A stretch of DNA of 61,843 nt from Candidatus Bathyarchaeota archaeon (GTDB lineage: Archaea; Thermoproteota; Bathyarchaeia; Bathyarchaeales; DTEX01), in NCBI GenBank assembly GCA_018396655.1, contig JAGTQF010000001.1:1-61843 (forward strand), written 5' to 3'. Positions 57,572 to 61,843 of this stretch are shown in pieces (the stretch's first letter is position 1; the number at the start of each line of letters is the position of its first letter). The position numbers and the translations under genes were made by a program. Below the pieces are notes generated by a model. It saw nothing but the letters and a program-made list of their open reading frames with translations, had not been told where the DNA came from and searched no databases.

Positions 57572-58116
57572 ACCACATGAGAAATCTTTATACGTGGACC
57601 AAATTCAACATTGCCTGACAAGAAATAGAATGATATGTATGCCCAGCAGTCCTCGTCTGCGGATATGCGCATGCAAGCCTCATAATTAAGCGCTTCACTC
57701 ACAGAATATATTACTGGTAAACCAAGAAACTCCGCAATACTCAATCTGAACTTATCTATCTCAGGGCTTAGGGGGTTGGATGCATCTAAGAACACCGAGT
57801 CAATCTTTTTATTCAGAATCTCTCGTGGTATTCTAAATTCTCTTCTTAACTTCACGCCGGAAATATATAGGCGAGGTGGGCTCTCATCAAAGCCGCTCTC
57901 AGAAATCTTGAATAATCTTATCCTCCCAGGCCCGCCCTTCCACCTATCAATAACAATGAAGTTTCCAGCGCCAAGCTGGATGGTTTTCTCTGCAACCTCT
58001 AAGAGACTCATTTTTCCACGATTAACTCTAACCAGACCGGGTATTGAGCGCGCAAGGTCATTACATAGGCTTCTAACTCTTCTGGTGGGCCTATGTGATG
58101 TTGTTATAAGAATCAT
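57559..58116 (-). CDS. Brix-domain ribosome biogenesis protein
   Basis: MILITTSHRPTRR.RS...DL, NRGK.SL, GP.IK. Confidence 0.9.
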   Translation of the reverse strand: MILITTSHRPTRRVRSLCNDLARSIPGLVRVNRGKMSLLEVAEKTIQLGAGNFIVIDRWKGGPGRIRLFKISESGFDESPPRLYISGVKLRREFRIPREILNKKIDSVFLDASNPLSPEIDKFRLSIAEFLGLPVIYSVSEALNYEACMRISADEDCWAYISFYFLSGNVEFGPRIKISHVVWDV

Positions 58117-58151
58117 CAGTCAATATTTTCTAGAATGGTTTATTTAGGTGT

Positions 58152-58412
58152 TTAGGCGCTTTTAGCAGCCCGCTCGGCCACAATGCCAATCTTTGTTGTT
58201 GGCGTATATGCTCCACCAGCAAATTTGAATCCGCATTTTCTGCAAATCCATATGCCGACGCTCTCTCTACGCACAGCCTTTAACCCGCATCTTGGACACT
58301 GATGGAGTTTCCTCATCTCCGAAACTATGGTTATGTAGCGTTTTCTAACTGATACACCGTATCTCGGGCCGAAACCTCTTGCAGGTCCAACCTTCTTCGT
58401 TCTTTTACCCAC
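58152..58412 (-). CDS. rpl37ae: 50S ribosomal protein L37Ae (eL43)
   Basis: KKVG...FGPRYG...RK, CP.CG, GIW.C.KC, AGGAY. Confidence 0.96.
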   Translation of the reverse strand: MGKRTKKVGPARGFGPRYGVSVRKRYITIVSEMRKLHQCPRCGLKAVRRESVGIWICRKCGFKFAGGAYTPTTKIGIVAERAAKSA

Positions 58413-59209
58413 TATGCCTTCACCACCATCCTTCTTAATTCCTCAGCTTTCTCTCGAGCTATATAAACAGCTTCTATAATTTGTTGCGGTGTTAATGCCC
58501 CCTCTCCTCCCTTTTGTATTGCGCATATCTTTCCATCCTTATCAAAAGTTATTGTCAGCCTGGCATTCATGACACCCTCCTCCTCAAGCCATGGGTCAAC
58601 AACAAGCTTATCGCTTATATTAGCAAAAGTTACGGCAACCGGATAATTTCTCATTGGAAGCGGCATATACTCTGAGGTCCTCTTGACCTCGCCATTCTCC
58701 ACAACGTAAATTGGTAGCTTAGTGTTTAGTAGAGCTGCTAAGGATGCTAGGGCCGATGCATCTATTAGGTTTCCATCATGGTTGAGCACATAGATATCAA
58801 CGAATATCACGTAAACCTTCTTCCCTGGTATGAGACAGAGTTTCTCCAATTCGATTGCCTGCGACTCGCGTATGCCCCTATCAACAACTCTAGCGAGTTC
58901 GATAGACTCTTCACTTGGTGGGCCGGCTTCAAACTCTGGAGAAGCCAGCGGAACAAACTCTGAATTAACTGTTAGGACACCCTCGTTAGGTCTATCTGAG
59001 AATGGCTCACCTATCTCAACTTTAACGCCTACAACAACCTCTGTTTTACCCAGAAGCACTCTTGCTGAACCCTCAGCCTTCTCAATTATTCCAGTCTCTA
59101 TCTTTATTGGTCGATAATCTATTAATCCCCGTCCGTCAAGTCTCTTGCCGCTGGTAATCATCTGGGAGATTTGCCTCTGCCTTATTCGAGAAATCATTAT
59201 TGAAGACAA
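58412..59209 (-). CDS. rrp42: Exosome complex component Rrp42
   Basis: RLDGR...[34 protein letters not shown]. Confidence 0.96.
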   Translation of the reverse strand: MSSIMISRIRQRQISQMITSGKRLDGRGLIDYRPIKIETGIIEKAEGSARVLLGKTEVVVGVKVEIGEPFSDRPNEGVLTVNSEFVPLASPEFEAGPPSEESIELARVVDRGIRESQAIELEKLCLIPGKKVYVIFVDIYVLNHDGNLIDASALASLAALLNTKLPIYVVENGEVKRTSEYMPLPMRNYPVAVTFANISDKLVVDPWLEEEGVMNARLTITFDKDGKICAIQKGGEGALTPQQIIEAVYIAREKAEELRRMVVKA

Positions 59210-59940
59210 GTCTCAACCTCCTCCTTAATAGCCAGATACTTCGCTTTCAAAGCCTCCTTCTGCAGCCTATATATCTGCTTGCAGCCTTCAATAGCCAAAT
59301 TAAGCGCCTGCTTAAACTCATTAATAGTTAATAGTCCATCCATCTGGAGAAGGGAGACGAGGCCAAGATTGGGCATGTAGGCAACAGGTACATCAGCCTC
59401 GCCCTCCTTATCCTCAATATCATTTAAGTCAAGAACTAGGACACCGTCAACCTTCCCAGCGGCGCATGCGACAACAAGGTCCCTCATTGGTATGCCAGCA
59501 TCAGCCAGAGCTAAGGCTGCAACAGTTGTCCCAGCGCACCTTGTTCCACCATCGGCCTGGAGAACCTCAATAAATATGTCTATGGATGTTCTGGGAAACT
59601 TCTCTAGGAATATCGCTGGCTCTAAAGCTTCCTTTATAACCTTTGATAGCTCTATCTCGCGCCTTGATGGCGCTGGCGGCTTCCTCTCCTCAACGGAGAA
59701 TGGGGCCATATGATATCGGCATCTTAGGAGAGCTCTATCTGGGAGGGCTAGGTGCCTGGGATGAACCTCTCTTGGACCATAGACCGCTGCGAGTATCTTG
59801 CTCTTTCCCTGCTCAATATAGGCTGAGCCATCAGCATTACTTAATACGCCAACCTCCATTTTTATCGGCCTTAGCTCATCCGGCCTTCGTCCATCAACCC
59901 TCAAACCATTCTCATCAATTAACCTAATCTTTCCACTCAT
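59197..59940 (-). CDS. rrp41: Exosome complex exonuclease Rrp41
   Basis: RVDGR..DELRP, ADGSAY, YGPRE, MAPFS..ERK, ADGGTR. Confidence 0.97.
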   Translation of the reverse strand: MSGKIRLIDENGLRVDGRRPDELRPIKMEVGVLSNADGSAYIEQGKSKILAAVYGPREVHPRHLALPDRALLRCRYHMAPFSVEERKPPAPSRREIELSKVIKEALEPAIFLEKFPRTSIDIFIEVLQADGGTRCAGTTVAALALADAGIPMRDLVVACAAGKVDGVLVLDLNDIEDKEGEADVPVAYMPNLGLVSLLQMDGLLTINEFKQALNLAIEGCKQIYRLQKEALKAKYLAIKEEVETCLQ

Positions 59941-60650
59941 AATCTCGCACTCTTCTCTCTCCTTATCATCTCGGCTATTCTATCAGTTAATCCGGAAGTA
60001 TGAGCCTCTTGCGCTATCTTCTCAATGGCGAGAATCGCAAGCCTCTCATTCTCCGGGCTTGGTCCAGAAATGAGTATTATACCATTCTGACCAACAGTTA
60101 TTTTACATTCAGTCTCCCTTTTAAGCATATTTATCATTGAAGCCTTACGCCCAATAATCCTCGGTATCTTAGCTGGCGAAACCCTAACAATTTGACCCTG
60201 CGTTATTTTGCCAAGCCCGGGCTCCTTAATTGTGAGGATTGGATCTATTGTCCGATCAAAAGCTACAACCTTGGCGAGAATTAAATCTCCAATATCAAGA
60301 AAACTTGATAAGTCATCCTTCTGCTGCCTGAAGGGTTTATTTAGGGCGTCGCTAACCCTCAAAATCGCCTTATAAGGGGAGTTTATATCAACAGTCCACA
60401 TGTTAATGTTTAAATCCTCTATCTTCCCTATAACCTGGTCTCCCGGAGATGGAATATAAACACTATTCAGCGCGACAACCTGAACGGTCCTACCCTCATA
60501 CTCAACAAGCCCAAGCCTACTGGCATAAATCCTAAAACCCTCCTTATACGTATTGTTCCCGGCAATATAATCCCCCTCAGCCAGAAGGTCTCCGGGAGTC
60601 ACAATCTGCCTATTCTCAAAGAAGAACATGCCTATTAAATTACCCCCCAT
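59937..60650 (-). CDS. rrp4: Exosome complex RNA-binding protein Rrp4
   Basis: V.PGD.LA, Y.P..GD.VIG, W.VDI.SPY, KH PRIIG...SM, VGQNG. Confidence 0.94.
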   Translation of the reverse strand: MGGNLIGMFFFENRQIVTPGDLLAEGDYIAGNNTYKEGFRIYASRLGLVEYEGRTVQVVALNSVYIPSPGDQVIGKIEDLNINMWTVDINSPYKAILRVSDALNKPFRQQKDDLSSFLDIGDLILAKVVAFDRTIDPILTIKEPGLGKITQGQIVRVSPAKIPRIIGRKASMINMLKRETECKITVGQNGIILISGPSPENERLAILAIEKIAQEAHTSGLTDRIAEMIRREKSARL

Positions 60651-60656
60651 AACAAT

Positions 60657-61346
60657 TTATTTCACGATTTTTGCATCAATGTTACCGCGAGTTAACTCGC
60701 CCATCTTCTCTAGAAATTGCCCATAGAGACCAGCTGGCATTTCTAGGATAACCGAGAGGGAGCCATCGCTCAGCCAAACTTCATTCTTTATTGTTCCGAA
60801 AGCCTTGAGAGTTCCATAAGATTTGCTTGTATATTCTGGTGGTATGCGGACTGCAACGGAAATCTTCTCTACGCTTAGGGGTAAAACTGCGCGTAGGGCT
60901 TTAATGGCCTCATTAGCTTGCTCTTCAACACTCTTAAATGGGTCTATGGGAAAGTGTATCTGCTCTAGGGCTTGCTCTATGCGCATAGGTGGATGTGGAA
61001 GTTTCGTCCTGGGGTCAACAGCGTTACGTGAAATGAAATCAATTATCTGTCTGCGCTTCTCCTCAATCATCTGCCTCCTTTGCTGAGCGGTCAACTGGAG
61101 GGTCCCCTTCTTAAGTATTATCTTCGCTATTTCAAGAGGGTCCGTTGTCCCAAAGTTTTCCTTAAGCTTCTTCTCGGGCACCTTTAAACCCTTATTTGCA
61201 TCGCTAAATATCACATCGGTAACAAGTATCTCCGATAATGAAATGGGCTTTCCGCTCTTAAAAGATAGGGCTGGGTCCGGCTTAACTAGAATTTCAAAGT
61301 TTTCTCCACCAATACTTATGCGGGCAATCGTGTAATTCTTGCTCAT
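60657..61346 (-). CDS. Ribosome maturation factor SBDS/Sdo1
   Basis: FEILV.P, F.DA.KG, FGTTD, QLT..QR, DPRT..PHPP.RIE.A. Confidence 0.95.
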   Translation of the reverse strand: MSKNYTIARISIGGENFEILVKPDPALSFKSGKPISLSEILVTDVIFSDANKGLKVPEKKLKENFGTTDPLEIAKIILKKGTLQLTAQQRRQMIEEKRRQIIDFISRNAVDPRTKLPHPPMRIEQALEQIHFPIDPFKSVEEQANEAIKALRAVLPLSVEKISVAVRIPPEYTSKSYGTLKAFGTIKNEVWLSDGSLSVILEMPAGLYGQFLEKMGELTRGNIDAKIVK

Positions 61347-61843
61347 TTCCCTTCAGCTGCCTGGACTTCCCTAATATACTTCTCAATCTCCTCATCGGTT
61401 AATAGCCTAAACCTTCTAGTCGAGGCTGGAACAATTGCCATCTTAATCCTTGGCTGCTCACCCCTAGCCTGCATTGACTTAAGAAGGCACTTAACACCCA
61501 GCCTTATTGCCTCCTCAAGCGTTAGATCGTCACGATACTCCTCCTTAAGTATATTCTCGGCTGTCTCACGCCCTATCCCTATGGCAACCGCCTTATAAGC
61601 CCTGTATGTTCCACTTGGGTCTGTTGTGAATAGCTGGCTTCCACCTTTATCTACACCAGCGAAGATTATTGAGACTCCGAAGGGTCTCACACCGCCGTGC
61701 TGCGTATACATCTGCTTTATGTCACCGATTCTCTTGGCAACCATCTCAACATCAACCATCTCATCATACATGAGCCTGCTGCTTTGGGCGAATATTCTAG
61801 CCTCATCGATTAATACGCGTGCATCAGAGCTTAAGCCCACAAC
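61343..61843 (-). CDS. psmA: Proteasome alpha subunit (5' end outside the window)
   Basis: [33 protein letters not shown]. Confidence 0.95.
   Translation of the reverse strand, partial: VVGLSSDARVLIDEARIFAQSSRLMYDEMVDVEMVAKRIGDIKQMYTQHGGVRPFGVSIIFAGVDKGGSQLFTTDPSGTYRAYKAVAIGIGRETAENILKEEYRDDLTLEEAIRLGVKCLLKSMQARGEQPRIKMAIVPASTRRFRLLTDEEIEKYIREVQAAEGK

Overview
Archaeal chromosome segment, most consistent with a Bathyarchaeia/TACK genome. The evidence is a crenarchaeal-type PolB1 together with both PolD subunits, an unsplit Rpo1, Elf1, a single-OB SSB, and Ftr and CofD homologues. The window spans a replication origin (cdc6/orc1 plus three ORB boxes at about 20.1-20.6 kb), the RNA polymerase operon, and the exosome/proteasome/ribosome-biogenesis superoperon. 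It also carries isoprenoid-lipid, purine, F420/C1 and class II RNR genes and two intron-containing tRNAs (Ala with one intron, Tyr with three). No CRISPR array, transposase or integrase was seen. The most unusual items are: (1) an oriC-adjacent trio of HTH/wHTH genes, one of them a membrane-anchored coiled-coil wHTH protein, embedded in helically phased GTGAY repeats (candidate origin-tethering/segregation system); (2) a thiolase lacking its catalytic residues, coupled to a DUF35-HMG-CoA synthase fusion; (3) a highly structured leader of about 250 nt before ssb and a TRAM gene; (4) a two-copy intergenic motif 32 kb apart that looks like an unannotated sRNA family; (5) a probable C/D box sRNA. 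All calls come from reading motifs by eye; no searches or folding programs were run.
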